A stretch of 64,000 nucleotides of DNA from Trichoplax sp. H2 (taxonomy: Eukaryota): the NCBI GenBank assembly GCA_003344405.1, contig NOWV01000001.1, positions 868,001 to 932,000 on the forward strand. Reading direction: 5' to 3'. Below the pieces are notes generated by a model. That model saw only the letters and a list, made by a program, of their open reading frames with translations. It was not told where the DNA came from and searched no databases. Of the stretch, positions 32,043-57,874 are shown piece after piece (the first letter of the stretch is position 1; each line of letters opens with the position of its first letter). The translations under genes were made by a program, and so were the position numbers.

Positions 32043-32310
32043 GACAGCAAGTCCTGGGAACGAGCATAATGGTCTTTTGTATATATATAAGCTTCAAAGA
32101 AAGATAATTTAATGTTTTTATTTATTTTAAAAAACCATATCACAATTTTAAATAATTTTTCCTTAAAAATAATGTTGGATGACTGAGATAATTTCCTCTA
32201 ATGTGTTAATGTACTGAATTACTGGGAATGATCGCAATTGAGCCCTTACTGCTCCTCTTTATCTGTACAATATATCTGTTTGGAATAAAACACTGGTATA
32301 GATTTATTAC

Positions 32311-34705
32311 TCAATGATCTGATAGTAAGCAGCAAATGCTGGTTAATCTCAAACCGATATTTTCATTGACAACTTCTGTTATCTGAAAGGTTAATGGAAA
32401 AACGTTATTGAAGATTTCTCATCTATGTTCACTTATAGATACGTGCCAAAACTTACAGCATTTGATTCATATTTCCATATCTTGATCCATCCATCTGATA
32501 GGGCAGCAACAACGACATTAGGCATCGTTGGGTTTGACGTTGAGCAGACTTTCATAGCTTTTATCCTAATAATGTACCATTGATCGTATATCAGTCATAT
32601 ATGCGTAAGGACAAATGAATAAATTGGAAATACTAATCGTCATGTACGATAGCAGACAGCTATAATAGACTCTTTAGTTGGGAAATATCGTGTTTCTACA
32701 CACACTAGCGCTAATTTACAGATGCGATTAAAAGTTTGCAAAAAAATAAGTAAATAAATTTGGTTATGAGATACTTGGTATTTCTAGAAATACAATATAC
32801 TCCACCTGCTAGATAATTTTGCTGATTCCGATGAACAACTTTCACTGCTTATTTCATATAATTTCAGAATTGAATTGTCGCCAGTTATTGCTACAATATT
32901 CTCCTAGATATAAAAACGTAAACAATGCACAATTAGCATAGAGCTTCATCTTGTTTGAAAATTTTAACATACCGAGATGAATTGTAGTGAAGTGATTCGG
33001 CTCTGAAAATCCACTTTATGTACAAATGAAGCAGTCTGAAAATTAACGTTAAACATTTAAATCTATTTTAAGTTAACTGCCTAGTCAGTTTTCTGAGTAA
33101 AGTAAGCTTACCTTTAATTCATAAAAAAAAGCCTTATTTTTTACAACTAAAGCGTAAAGATGACCAGAGGGCGACCACTGTACGATGGGTACATCTGGAT
33201 TGGAGAATTTGGTACACAAGTGATGTTTATTTAGATATCAATCACTTTTTATTAAATGAAATTGCAATTACCTTCTTTACAGTTAACAATGTAAGACTGT
33301 CTGCCGGTGACTAGGTTCCATACTCTAAAGTTGGAAAAAGTTGTTAATTAAATAGTATTAATATCGTGTAACAACAAAAGACGCTTGTGTATTGCGATCC
33401 TGCAAACATCAAGGCGGCAGCATACCTACCTCATAGTTTTGTCTTTTGATGTTGTCATAGCCATATTATTTGAAGGGTGCACAGCCAAAGAATTTATAGC
33501 TGATCTTTGAGGAGGGAATTTGATAGTAAATATAAGTTACTCAATCGCAGATATAATTTGAAGGGAGATCCCATACGAAGTCAATATCATACTTGTGTCC
33601 TTTGAAATTTTTCAAGCATTCCCAAGATTTACATTTCCAAATTGTTAGGATACCATCTTCTGCAGTACTTAACAGATGTGATTTTGATGCAAATTCTAAT
33701 CCCGTTACAGTACCTATAGTGTAATGAGGAAAGCATTTCGCATAAAACAAATTTCAAGTTCTCTAGCCTGTAACGAGTAGCAAAGCATTACCGTTGTGAT
33801 GCATCAGAGTTCCTAGCTCTATTCTCTTGTTGAAACTGTATAGCCTGCAATGCAAATCATCACAATTTAATGATCTATTTTATAATACTGCACTGAATTA
33901 TTGACTGTATAACTATGAACTATGCATATTTCGAGGTTGCTGATAAGTGCATGCTGTTGAATTATTTTATATTATACTGTACTGTACTGTATATTCTGTA
34001 TACACGTAAACGTATATAATTATTTACTATTGAATATGCACAATCGATCATCACTACTGAACTATCCATGCACGAGTAATTCAGACTCCTGATGGCATAT
34101 ACTGTATGGGACACTAATAATGTCTGCATAGCATCATATATAGAGAATTGAATGTATCAAATCCTGGATTTGGTTAGTAATTGTAGGATTAGGCCAATTA
34201 TTTGGCCTATTCTTAATGCGTACGTTAATGTATTTGGAAATTCATCGATGCAAGCAGTAGAGAGTATGGCTATTGTCTATTGTGCATATATTATTGCTCC
34301 AACCGTTATAGCAGCGCATCAAGACCTCTTACTGTACGTACTCTATGATCGAATATTCCAAATTTCTATCTTAATATCGCTGACAGAATAAAAATGAATT
34401 CTATCGAAAATAAATGAATAGTACCTAACGCATTCGTCTGTACTACCAGAAGCGAAGTAATCACCGGTAGCAGCAAGGGCCTTCACATTACCAGAATGGT
34501 TTTGATTGGAAAAATCTAATGCAAAATCCTATTTATAGAGGTCAATTTAGAGAGAAATGGATAGCTATAAATGGAAAGCTATGATGTCGCCCAATTCATT
34601 TTTAACATATCATAATAACTAATGCAAAACCTTGCTATCAGAGCTATCAATATCCCAATGGAATCCAAGTACTTGTCCATCATAATCACCCACAATCACC
34701 TCCAT
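32311..34705 (-). CDS. PAK1IP1: WD40 protein PAK1IP1 (Mak11), multi-exon
   Basis: MEVIVGDYDGQVLGF, FASGSTDECVRLY, ELGTLMHHNGTVTGLEF, HLLSTAEDG..IW...WECLKNFKGHK, SLAVHPS, DKTMRVWNLVTGR, VQWSPSG, RIKAM, SDGWIKIW, RLTSI. Confidence 0.92.
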
Positions 34706-34797
34706 CCTGCGGTTGGTTTAGCCTCGATCACACACGGCTTGTGTTGCAGCCTCGACACAAAGTGATGTCACTCGTGACGAATGACTTCCGTCGTTCG

Positions 34798-35210
34798 TAG
34801 TACTGTGCCACGAACTACGGTACTAACTACAGTACTAAAGGTAAGATTTACTGTACTGTACACTGTACAGTACTGTACAGTACATTGTACGGTATAGTGT
34901 TGTACTGTACTGTAGTCCATGACTGCCGCAGAGTCTGTCTGTAGACGTACTGTACGCTAGTGACATTGTTTTTGCTAGCGATTTGGTACAGCGCTTAAAA
35001 AGTAGTCCACGATACTGTATCGCTGTGCACTACGCTAGTACTGTACCATACAGTAAGGTGAAAATGAAAAGCTTATTATTTATCTCTATAATAAACATTG
35101 GTAATTCTAGTTTCAAATATAATGTCGCAATACTGTACAGTGTACAGTCAGGATTTGAACAGTTCAGCACAGTACTGTACTGTACACTGTACACTACAGC
35201 GTACACAGTC
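34798..35210. promoter_or_regulatory. Bidirectional PAK1IP1/RTEL1 promoter region with TACAG/CTGTA clusters
   Basis: About 560 bp separate the divergent ATGs (34705 and 35266); dense tactgtac/gtacagta words at 34850-34915 and 35130-35200. Confidence 0.75.
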
Positions 35211-35265
35211 GCACAAGCAAAATCGAAAATCTCGCGGGCTTGAGAGATATCCAAAAAATGAAAGG

Positions 35266-38200
35266 ATGGTCCTGGTCGATGTCCGCGGCATTGAAGTCGA
35301 TTTCCCATTTAATCCCTATCCATGCCAGTTAGATTACATGACTAATGTTATACAATGCCTGCAAGAGGTAGAACTCCAAACTTTTCATTGAGAATACATA
35401 GGATAGAGGCCTAAAAAAATAGCCATAGCAGTTTATAGTACTGTTCTAAGTGAATTTCAATGAAGAAGCTCTTTGAAACTTGTCGCTCGTACAGTGCGTG
35501 CTTGAACTTGATTCAGCCCAAGTTGTTATAGTTGCCGTTGAATAGACGAAGTATATACTGTACACTAGCAACTTTAAAGTACTGATCTAGACACTTACAG
35601 AGTACAGTATAAAAATAAAATTCTCTGTCATACCATACGTAAACATGGCGAATCAACATCCTCTGAATTTACTAAACCAAGCAAGTTGATGCTGATATCT
35701 TTATACCTACTTTTAGGGAAAAAATGGTATTTTAGAAAGCCCAACTGGCACTGGTAAAACGCTATGCCTTCTGTGTGCTTGCTTGGCTTGGCGACAAACT
35801 TACGTTGCTCAGGTACAACTTAACCAACGGATACAAATGCAACAATTGCAACAGAATCCAAATACGGACAGAAATAGTCAAGATCTAAAAGAACACTTAC
35901 AAGATGATATATCTCAAGCTCTATTTGGTAGTAATCGCAATGACGGTAAGCGAAGATTTCCCCTATTCATGCACTGAATCGTTAATCAACAACTATGGTA
36001 CAACACTAGCCGTACAGTGAAATAGGTTTCCTTCTTTTAAATCGCCCTTTTTCATCTAGTGCGCTTTCATGCTATACAGCATATTAGTGGCCTTTCACCA
36101 AACGCTGATTAGTGTCGATAATTGATATAATCAAATATACCTGTATTCTATCCATTTGTAGGTACAACAATCTTTCAAGTGCCGAAGATAATTTATTCTT
36201 CACGTACTCATTCACAATTATCCCAAGTCGTCAATGAATTAAAACATACTATTTATAGGTGAGAGTGGAATGATTTCAGCTAATTACAGTAGTTAGGTGT
36301 TAGGGAATACAGTGATACTGTACAGTATATATGTAGTACGTAGTACCGTAAGAAAATGAAATATGATAAGAATCTGTCAGAATATGAGCATCATTGTCAT
36401 CAATAATATGTGTTAACGCTCTCGTGCAAATAATTTCATATTTCTGCATGAGTTGTAATGAATTGCCAAAGGAGCTTACTGGTATTACGCACAGTATCCA
36501 TTGGCGATTTACGTATTGACAACACCCCTGCAATAATACTAAAATTGACGTTTATTGAAAGTATACAACAAATATCAGAGTTATACACTAAACAGTAAAC
36601 GAATTAGCAAGTATTCTTTTTTCCTGTAATTGTAAAATAACACAATTGCACTCTTGTTAATATCTACAGGTCTTTAACTACAGTAATTACGCGTGGCTAT
36701 ATTATACTGTTGTTGTATTAACTTACTTTTAAAGTATTATGCGTTATCTGTACGTCTTTGTAATAGAATTCTTATTGTGCAGTTTGTAAGGTTTTTCCTT
36801 TAGAATTCAAGTACATCCTTCACAATTTTTAAACACTTTGTATGAGCATATTCTGGATAAGCTATCTGAACTATCACCATTTTTTATCCATCTAGGCCGA
36901 AAATTTGTATTCTAGGATCTCGTGAACAAATGTGCATTCATCCTGAAGTAGCAAAGTTACAAAGCAATACAGCAAAGGTCATTCATATACGTAGTGTTAA
37001 CTGGACTATTTAACTAATAAAAATGTCTGTATATATTTGTTAATCAAACATGTTCTTTTTTAATTTATTATTTATATCAATACAGATTCATGCATGTAGA
37101 GCTAAAGTAAATGCCCGAACATGTCATTTCTGCAATAATGTAGAAAGTAAGTATCTTTAATTAATTATCGTTTTGATATACTATAACTCGATAATTAACG
37201 TCTTTGTCATGTTCATTCATTAATTAAATTAATTATAGCAATAATTATTTAATTGACAAATTTTTAATTCTTAATTCTTATTCTATTAGCAAAAAAAGAT
37301 GATCCTAGTTTTTCGGAAAATATCTTGGATATTGAAGAGTTGGTCGAATTAGGAGGAAAACAGAAGTAATTACTTTTAGTTATGATATCATTTTTTAACT
37401 GTAGACTCTGGGGCTGTTGCTTATGATGAAACTGTTTCTTTTATCACTCAAATATGACTTAAAATGATTAATTCTCCACCAACACTGAGGCGACGGAGTA
37501 GCAAATATGTAATTGCTATCACTGTACTAGAATACTTATTTTCGGTCTTGCACCTCATCCCTAAATTTTTTATGTGCACGATTTACTTACTACGTATATA
37601 GGGTTTGCCCTTATTACATGGCAAGAGAGCTAAGATCCAATGCCGATATAGTTTTCATGCCTTATAATTACCTCATCGATTTCAAGGTAGTTTTTAAATG
37701 ATTTTTCGACTGTATGTATCTATGCAATATTAATTCTTAGATTACCGGTACGTAAATTTAGTCTAGGCAATCGAATAGCATTGATATGAAGAATGCAATT
37801 ATCATTTGTGATGAAGCCCATAATTTGGTATTTTTCATGTTTTTAATTTCCTCATATTAATATTTCACTGTGATTCATTGTAGTCAACAACTCAATCGAA
37901 TCTGTCTAATACTTCCATCCATATACCGACATAATTATACAATTATATCATTCTAGGAAAAAATTTGTGAAGATTCAGCTTCTTTTGATCTTTCATCAGC
38001 CGATATTGCTAACTGCATAGATGAAGTTGACAACTTTATTAATATTCTTCAAAGAATAAAGTCAACTACAGATAGCGAAGAATATGACGCAACAGGTATG
38101 CAATGCAATGTTAATAATGTCATTGGAAGACTATTTCAATAGGATTCAGCGATTTCATTGTAATAGACTCTTAGGCTTTTGCGTATCCGTAATCTATTTT

Positions 38201-41200
38201 GTAGTATAACATTGAAAGCTTATAAATACCAAATATTATTTATAACGTCCAGGGGCCGTCGATACCGACCTTGACGTGGAGGATCTGGCGACACTGAAAG
38301 GTTAGTTGTAACTTTTACATACAGTATAGTATAGGCAATTCTGGCATATCCGCGTGGATTAACTTCATAGTGGTCATGTGTATGTGTTTAACATTCTAGC
38401 ACTGCTTCTGAAGTTGGAAGAGATTCTCGGAGATATAGAACTTCCCAGTTCCGGTAACGGAGTTACAAAGCCTGGAAGGTACCAAGTACACACTTATTAA
38501 CCGTTGCTAACAATATTTCGTATAGTGAAGTTGATATCGAGTGGTTTATATAAAACGTAGATGCAATATTTCATATTTGTATGACAAAGATACCAAGTAG
38601 CTTTACTGTCTAACAATGCGGTATGTGATTGAATCTAGCTATATATATGAAATATTTAAACAACTTAATGTAACATTTGAAACAAAACACCTTTTTGTGC
38701 AAGTATTGGGAAAGTGTATAGATGCCACAGTATCAGGTACTGTTGTTGCTTTAATATAAATCTTAAATTCTACGCATAAACGATCTCTTATTTTCACTAC
38801 AGTACCATTCATTCCTTTCTTGTAACTGTAGATAGCAAAACTCTAAGAGCAAAACACTTTGGATTAGAAAAAGTTTTAGATATTTTAACGGTAATTTTTT
38901 CTTGGTTATGAAGTTATCAATCAAAGAAATCAACTCATTGTTTAATATTATTAACTGTTAGTTGATATTCGGAGCAAATCAAATAGATTTATCATCTGGT
39001 TCTAGTTCAAATTCGCAAAGATATTATAAGGTAATCATATACATAGAGACTTTAATAGACTATTATTCAAGCAATTGTTGTCCTGTAGGTTCATATTCGA
39101 TCCGATAATAACATAAGAAAATGGCAAACGTCACATAGTGATCCTTGGACAACAGCAAAAAAGGCTGCTAAAGAGGGTCGGTATAGTGTTGTCTTTAATT
39201 ATTACATGCTATTAAATCTTATTTTAAGCATGATAGCACATGTTCTTAAAGTTATTTTCTTTAATCTGTATATTTTTATTTAATAGGTCGGATTCTTAGT
39301 TACTGGTGTTTTAGCCCTAGTTACAGTATGAAAGAATTAATAGATCAAGAAGTTCGAGCAGTAATACTTACAAGTGGAACTCTTTCCCCGATAGAATCAC
39401 TGGTTGCGGAATTTCAAGTGTAATGAACTTTAGTATCTTGCATCTCAAAGAGTAAACTTATAGTAACTGCCGTATTTTATATCTGTTCAGGAGCTTTCCA
39501 GTTCAGTTACAAAATCCTCACGTTATCGACAAGAAGCAAATTTGGATTGGTACTGTATCTAAGGGCCCTTGTGGTACAGCTCTTAACTCATCGTACAGAA
39601 ATCGGTAAACTTGCAAAGAAATAGTTAATAACCTTGCTATTTATTAATTTATAAATGCTGATAAAATGTTAACACTCCTATAGATCGTCAGCAGAATATT
39701 TATCTTCGTTAGGCAATACGATTGGTGGGTATATATGTATAATGATAAATATAATTGTAAAATTGTTTAGATTAATCCTAATGCTAGCCATAAAAACTTG
39801 TTACAGTCAATTTTGCCAGAATAATACCCGATGGATTGTTGGTATTTTTTCCATCTTATCCGGTAATGAATTCCTGTATTGAACATTGGCAGGTAGGATA
39901 AGTAGGCGGAGAATTATACTCGCAAGCCTTGCAGATATTGTTAGGCTGGTAACGCAACTAAGGAACACTATTTTCTATTTCTTTATTACAAAAGTCCTCC
40001 GGTATATGGGACCGAATATGTCAACATAAAAGTTTGCATATTGAACCCCAGCACAAATCTGAATTTAATAGGGTTGGTATTTGAATTACAACACAGCCGA
40101 TTTTAGGTACAGCTATATTCGTATATTACAATAAATGACCAAAAGTTTTTGCGATCCAGGTAATGGATGAATATTATTCGAGTGTAAGAGATGAAAATTG
40201 TAGTGGAGCCATATTTCTAGGTGTATGTAGAGGAAAGGTGAATGCTATATTTTTTCTTAGCCTTTAGTTCATGTAATTAATGGTAATATCAAATTATGAA
40301 AGGCCTCTTTTGATCTTGTAGTTCAAATGTTTGTGCAATGATTGTATTTAAAATAGGTTAGTGAGGGTGTTGATTTTGCGGATATTAACGGTAGGGCTGT
40401 TATAATTACTGGCTTGCCCTTCCCTCCGAGTAAAGAAGCAAAGGTTAAACATACCAATATCAGTTTTTGAACCTCATCTTAAATTTACTAAAGATATATT
40501 AACCCAAAATTCCTCTAGGTGATGCTGAAAATGCAGTATCTAGATGAAAACATTGGATTTAAAGAGCACAAGGTTAGTATTACTCATGAATAATCCTATG
40601 TTAGGCTTAGAAACGTATTTATAAATCAACTATACGCTAGAATGTTTCATTCTTATCACCCCTTTATGAAAATATTCGCTTTTTATTCCTGTCCTATTAA
40701 ATTAGTCAATATGTGGGAGAGATTGGTATCGTCAACAGGCTTCACGCGCCGTAAATCAAGCAATTGGCCGCGTAATAAGGCATCGAAATGATTATGGTGC
40801 AATAATCCTTTGTGATGAAAGGTAACTTGCTAGACCTCACTTTTATTAGTTTTTGTCCAAAGCTTACGACGAACCATTAATATTTCATTAGAATTAAAAA
40901 TTATTAATACTATTGCCACTGTCAGTAGCTACTATTGTTTATACACTAAGTTAAACAGAATTCATGGTAATTAAAGGTTATTTCTGGAATGTAAACAGAT
41001 TTAATCAAAAAGACTCAATAAGCCAGTTACCTAAGTGGTTAAAAGACTATGTTCAAGCATATGGTAGTTTTGGCCTCACTCAAAAAAGTTTAAAAGATTT
41101 CTTTTCTACTGCAATGACTCTGGTTAGATTGCACGTCAATTTTTAAATCGCCATTACTTTTATTTTTGCTTCAACGTTTCGTTTTCTAGCTTATTATAAA

Positions 41201-42440
41201 ATACGCGTACATCCAATTTTTGTTCAGGGCAGGGAAGTTTCGTCAGAGAAAGCTGCTCTCAAGCACAGTAATGCAGAAATAGCGAAAAATCTTTCGCGTC
41301 CTTTCAAGAAACCGACTTCTAGTGAGAAAAACGCGAAGGATGTTGTGTTACATGTCGCTAGTTTACAGCCAACAGTCCCAAAGTCTCCTAATGACCGCAA
41401 AGCAGCTGAGAGACTAGAATCGAGAAAGCAAACCAGCTTATTAGAATCATTAAACCAGTGTGATGAAAATAGGATTACAGATACTGTTCCAGATAAGAAC
41501 GTGAGCTAATAGACGTCAACCAATATCTCCTCGGATATATTGTAAATCTAAATTTCAGTTTTGTAGTTACTGTTCATTGATAAACGTTGTACATGTTATT
41601 AATTTTTTAGGATACTGCAACAATCTCCAGCACTATTTTAGACGAGAATCTGTCCAATGTTGACGCCAAAATCAACGCTATGCCAGTCGCGAAAAGAACT
41701 CATAAGGTATATATGACTTTCGATGAATATAAGATACTATCAGGTTTATTAACTCTGCCAATTATCAATTTCTCACTCTTTATTCTGTGTAACTGAGAAG
41801 CGATAGCTGAATGTTTTGTGCATATTTTTCATACTCTTTAGATTATTCTGCACAAAAAAGGTACAAATTCAGGAAATCGAGAGAATACGGCCGCTATGTA
41901 TTTAAAAAAGGTGTAAAAATCGAATCAAGCTGAAAATTTTCTGTTATTACGACTTTCAAATTTATCGATATTTGCTAATATCAGTTAGTGTGCTTGAAAT
42001 TCATTGTAACATCGAAGATTTGTTCTTAGGTAAAAGAATGTTTGAGCGTCGATTCTTTTGCAAGATTAAGACATCTTTTAGCTTCATTTAAGAAGGTTAG
42101 AATTACAATGTCATGAATATATGAACCTTATAAAATTTGTAGCATTATAATTTTTGCCATCTGATTGATAGGATCGCAATATACATGCATTGATTAACGG
42201 CTTATCAACAGTATTTGATGATTCGTCTATGTATGACCTTGCAATAGGTAAGCATACTAGGAAAAGTTAGAGACTAGACATTGTTGGATAATATTTTATT
42301 TATCTAATAACGAATATCAATGGAGTAAATAAACGAAATGTTAATTATGTCGCTTAACAATTACAGAATTTGTCCAGTTTATCCCTGGATACCTGAAGGA
42401 GGAATTTGAGACAAGTTTAAGAAAGAAACTAAATGGTTAG
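35266..42440 (+). CDS. RTEL1: Regulator of telomere elongation helicase 1 (Fe-S DEAH helicase), multi-exon
   Basis: [128 protein letters not shown], then a harmonin-N-like block (YLKKVKECLS...EFVQFIP). Confidence 0.93.
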
Positions 42441-43174
42441 GTTTAACCTTTTCAAGCCTGTGCTGTCTTTACCGGTTTGATTCTATAGCTAACAGCATTA
42501 GATTAAGATTTGAATATCAATTCCTTTGATCTATTTTTGCTGATATTTGTATATCGCTAAATCTGACTATGAAATGTTCTACTGCGCAGTATACTTTAGA
42601 TTATATCTACTTTGAAGTACTTTGTTTTTACCTGTAACGTTAGAGTACTAAACAAACTCTTGTAAGAAATATTGTACTCAAGTTTTAATGGACTGTATGG
42701 TTGCTCTGAAGATCAATTCTGTTCATAGGCTAAATGCAACTCCTATATAAAATATTGATATCATAGAAAATTACTGTTTTATACATGTATAATCTGAAAT
42801 TATCATACTTTGTAAGTTGTGACAAGGAAATTTCCGTAACTGAGTCTCAGTTATACTACCCCATGTATATAAATTTTGACGCAATATTAACCAAGCACAA
42901 AGTACGCATTTATTTCGTTACATTACGCTTGCGATATTACTGTACAGCTCAACGCCGGCAATTGTATGCGTTCATGATGTTTGCAAAGTATAATGTAAAA
43001 TTTAATTAGAATGGTATCTTTATTATTTTAAAATTTAACTGATATTTGTAATTCGATAAAAACTTTTTGATACCATACTGTGCATATAATTTATCATGTC
43101 TACATCCTGACTAAGTCAATCATAATACAAAATGTTTGTAATATGAATGTGTGACTACTTATTGCAAGATAAGC

Positions 43175-43192
43175 TATATATATATATATATA
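43175..43192. repeat. (TA)9 microsatellite
   Basis: tatatatatatatatata. Confidence 0.9.
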
Positions 43193-43710
43193 TTGGACGT
43201 TTCATAACTTTATAATTTGCAGTTTTAATTATTTAATTAACCATTGAAATGAGTACCCCCGTATACCAGTATCGCATCTAAACAGAGTGAACATGATAGC
43301 TTTAATTCACTGCCGTCTATATGCTCTCAGACTTAAACTCTCGTACAAAATTTTACTGGAACAGTATTCTACAACGGAATCAAAAATTTAGTAAGAATAT
43401 AAAAATTTTAAATCATTTTTCTTCATCATTGAGAATTCGTCACATACTGCTACTGCAGTATAGTGATAGTTTGATAGTGCATTAGTTCTTATACAGCTAT
43501 GTACTTATAAAACAAAAGCGTAGCTACTTGTGGATTCATAATTGGCTACAAAAGATGGTATAAATAAACTGGGAGTAAAAAAAGTTGTACTGTACAAAAA
43601 TATCTAAAATGACTATTATGTATTTACACTCTGAAGCTTAACTATACAGTATGCTACCTTATCACAATTTGATAAAAAGTCATCACTCTATTACGGTAAC
43701 ATCGCCGGTA

Positions 43711-55505
<11,795 letters not shown>

Positions 55506-55696
55506 TGTATAACAGCTTGATACGTGTATTAATAGCTTGAACTTCTATACCATAGAAACATAGTACTACGCTGAAAAAATAAAAAAAAAAGGAAATCTGT
55601 CTGAAACTCCAAGTTTAAATCAATATTTTCTCTTCTCTTTGCATTGCCAGGAGTAATTCAAATCGACAGTAGGTTGGTCTTCCAATTTGCCCTACC

Positions 55697-55870
55697 TACA
55701 GTACGGTACTGTACAGTACGCGTTTTCGTCTGGATACATCATTGACACACGTATTATACCATACTGTACCGTAGTGACCTGTCTACAGTACTGTACATAC
55801 AGTAGTCAACCGTCAACGCCCTAGTGTACGTTGTACTGTACTGTAACAGGATATACTGTACACTGTACAC
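55697..55870. repeat. TACAG/CTGTA cluster at the FAM135 5' end
   Basis: Dense tacagtac/gtactgtac words 200-370 bp upstream of the FAM135 ATG. Confidence 0.8.
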
Positions 55871-55935
55871 CGTAGTTTCTGCGGACAGCATCCTAGCCGG
55901 CAACTCTGTACGCATGCCGCTAATTGCTAGGTAAC

Positions 55936-56944
55936 AGAAACAAGCTTCTGCACTTGAAAACCACTCAAAAATAAGTTAGGGTGCTACTACTGTCTTCTTT
56001 CAAGTTCAGAAACAAGCTTCTGCACTTGAAAACCACTCGAAAATAAGTTAGTGTGCTACTACTGTCTTCTTCGAAGGTCAGAAACAAGCTTCCGCACTTG
56101 AAAACCACTCAAAAATAAGTTAGTGTGCTACTACTATCTTCTTTCAAGTTCGGAAACAAGCTACCGCACTTGAAAACCACTCAAAAATAAGTTGGTGTGC
56201 TACTACTGTCTTCTTTCAAGTTCAGAAACAAGCTTCTGCACTTGAAAACCACTCAGAAATAAGTTAGTGTGCTACTACTGTCTTCTTCGAAGGTCAGAAA
56301 CAAGCTTCTGCACTTGAAAACCACTCAAAAATAAATTAGTGTGCTACTACTGTCTTCTTTCAAGTTCGGAAACAAGCTTCTGCACTTGAAAACCACTAAA
56401 AACCACTCAAAAATAAGTTAGTGTGCTACTACTGTCTTCTTCGAATGTCAGAAACAAGCTTCTGCACTTGAAACCACTCAAAAATAAATTAGTGTGCTAC
56501 TACTGTCTTCTTTCAAGTTCGGAAACAAGCTTCCGCACTTGAAAACCACTAAAAACCACTCAAAAATAAGTTAGTGTGCTACTACTATCTTCTTTCAAGT
56601 TCGGAAACAAGTTTCTGCACTTGAAAACCACTCAAAAATAAGTTAGTGTGCTACTACTGTCTTCTTTTTAAGTTCAGAAGCAAGCTTCTGCACTTGAAAA
56701 CCACTCGAAAATAAGTTAGTGTGCTACTACTACTGTCTTCTTCGAAGGTCAGAAACAAGCTTCCGCACTTGAAAACCACTCAAGAATAAGTTAGTGTGCT
56801 ACTACTGTCTTCTTTTTAAGTTCAGAAGCAAGCTTCTGCACTTGAAAACCACTCAAAAATAAGTTAGTGTGCTACTACTGTCTTCTTTCAAGTTCGGAAA
56901 TAAGCTTCTGCACTTGAAAACCACTCAAAAATATGTTAGTGTGC
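55936..56944. repeat. Minisatellite, ~14 x 72-bp units
   Basis: Unit agaaacaagcttctgcacttgaaaaccactcaaaaataagttagtgtgctactactgtcttctttcaagttc starts at 55936, 56008, 56080 and so on. The consensus has stops in all six frames. Confidence 0.97.
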
Positions 56945-57874
56945 GCGCATAGAGCTTCAAAACGCCATTGCGTTCGATGTAAAATTAGCCCATCATCCGC
57001 AATTTATACATTGCAATCAATTATTCTGATCCAAATTCTTATTCACCCAGCACATTATGATTAATTACAACTGCTATTACTTTTCTCCATATGACTTCGA
57101 TCCAACACCGATTGTACACCAGTAAGAGATGCGTATAATCGTATAAAAACATTAAATAAGTGAAAAAGATCTGGTACCAGACATGCAAATTTCAGTTATC
57201 AAACTTTCCACTCTTTGGTACACTATACGCGTAGACAGTAGTGATACAATAATTTAATTTCGCAATCGATTGAAAATAATTAAAACAAAATAATAATAAT
57301 AATAACACTATGATAACTATAATAGATATAAAATTGAAAAGATTTAACGGTAAACAGATAAATTTACTCACTTACCACTACTGCCAACGTACAGTACAAT
57401 ACTATACTATATTGAACTGCCAGAACAAGATTCTCTACAAAAAAATTGATTGCTTGTTAAAAAACATCAATAGAGTCGCTTTAGCAAACCGATGCGAAAA
57501 GTAATAGAAGGCAAGGACTATCGAAATTAGTACAAAAGTGAGGATCTACTACCAGTCCGGCCAGAACTAAAATTTAGCTTCACTTTCATCAGTTCCATTG
57601 TACCAGCATATTATATCAAATTGCATGGAGATAACTGTAACTTATTAAGTGGGTATGGATGTCAAAATCGAAAAACCGTACCAAGCGAAAAGAAAAGAGC
57701 GATTGTTTTGCAATACTGGATTTGCAGTCGCAATACGTTGGGAGCTTAAGCCTTATAGATACATTACTGTATGGTTTACAATTCATAATTAAACAAGAAT
57801 ACATTCAACTATGTAAACAAGAACTCTCTACCTTGTTTAACGTAACTCGGATCGTACTTTTTACCAGTGAATTT

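Noticed and set aside
31730-32143. 137-aa hydrophobic antisense ORF
   Set aside because: It is the shadow of the lysine-rich DDX24 repeat on the opposite strand.
55936-56944. CRISPR array or coding repeat (72 bp = 24 codons)
   Set aside because: Units are contiguous with no unique spacers, there are no cas genes, the context is eukaryotic, and the consensus has stops in all six frames.
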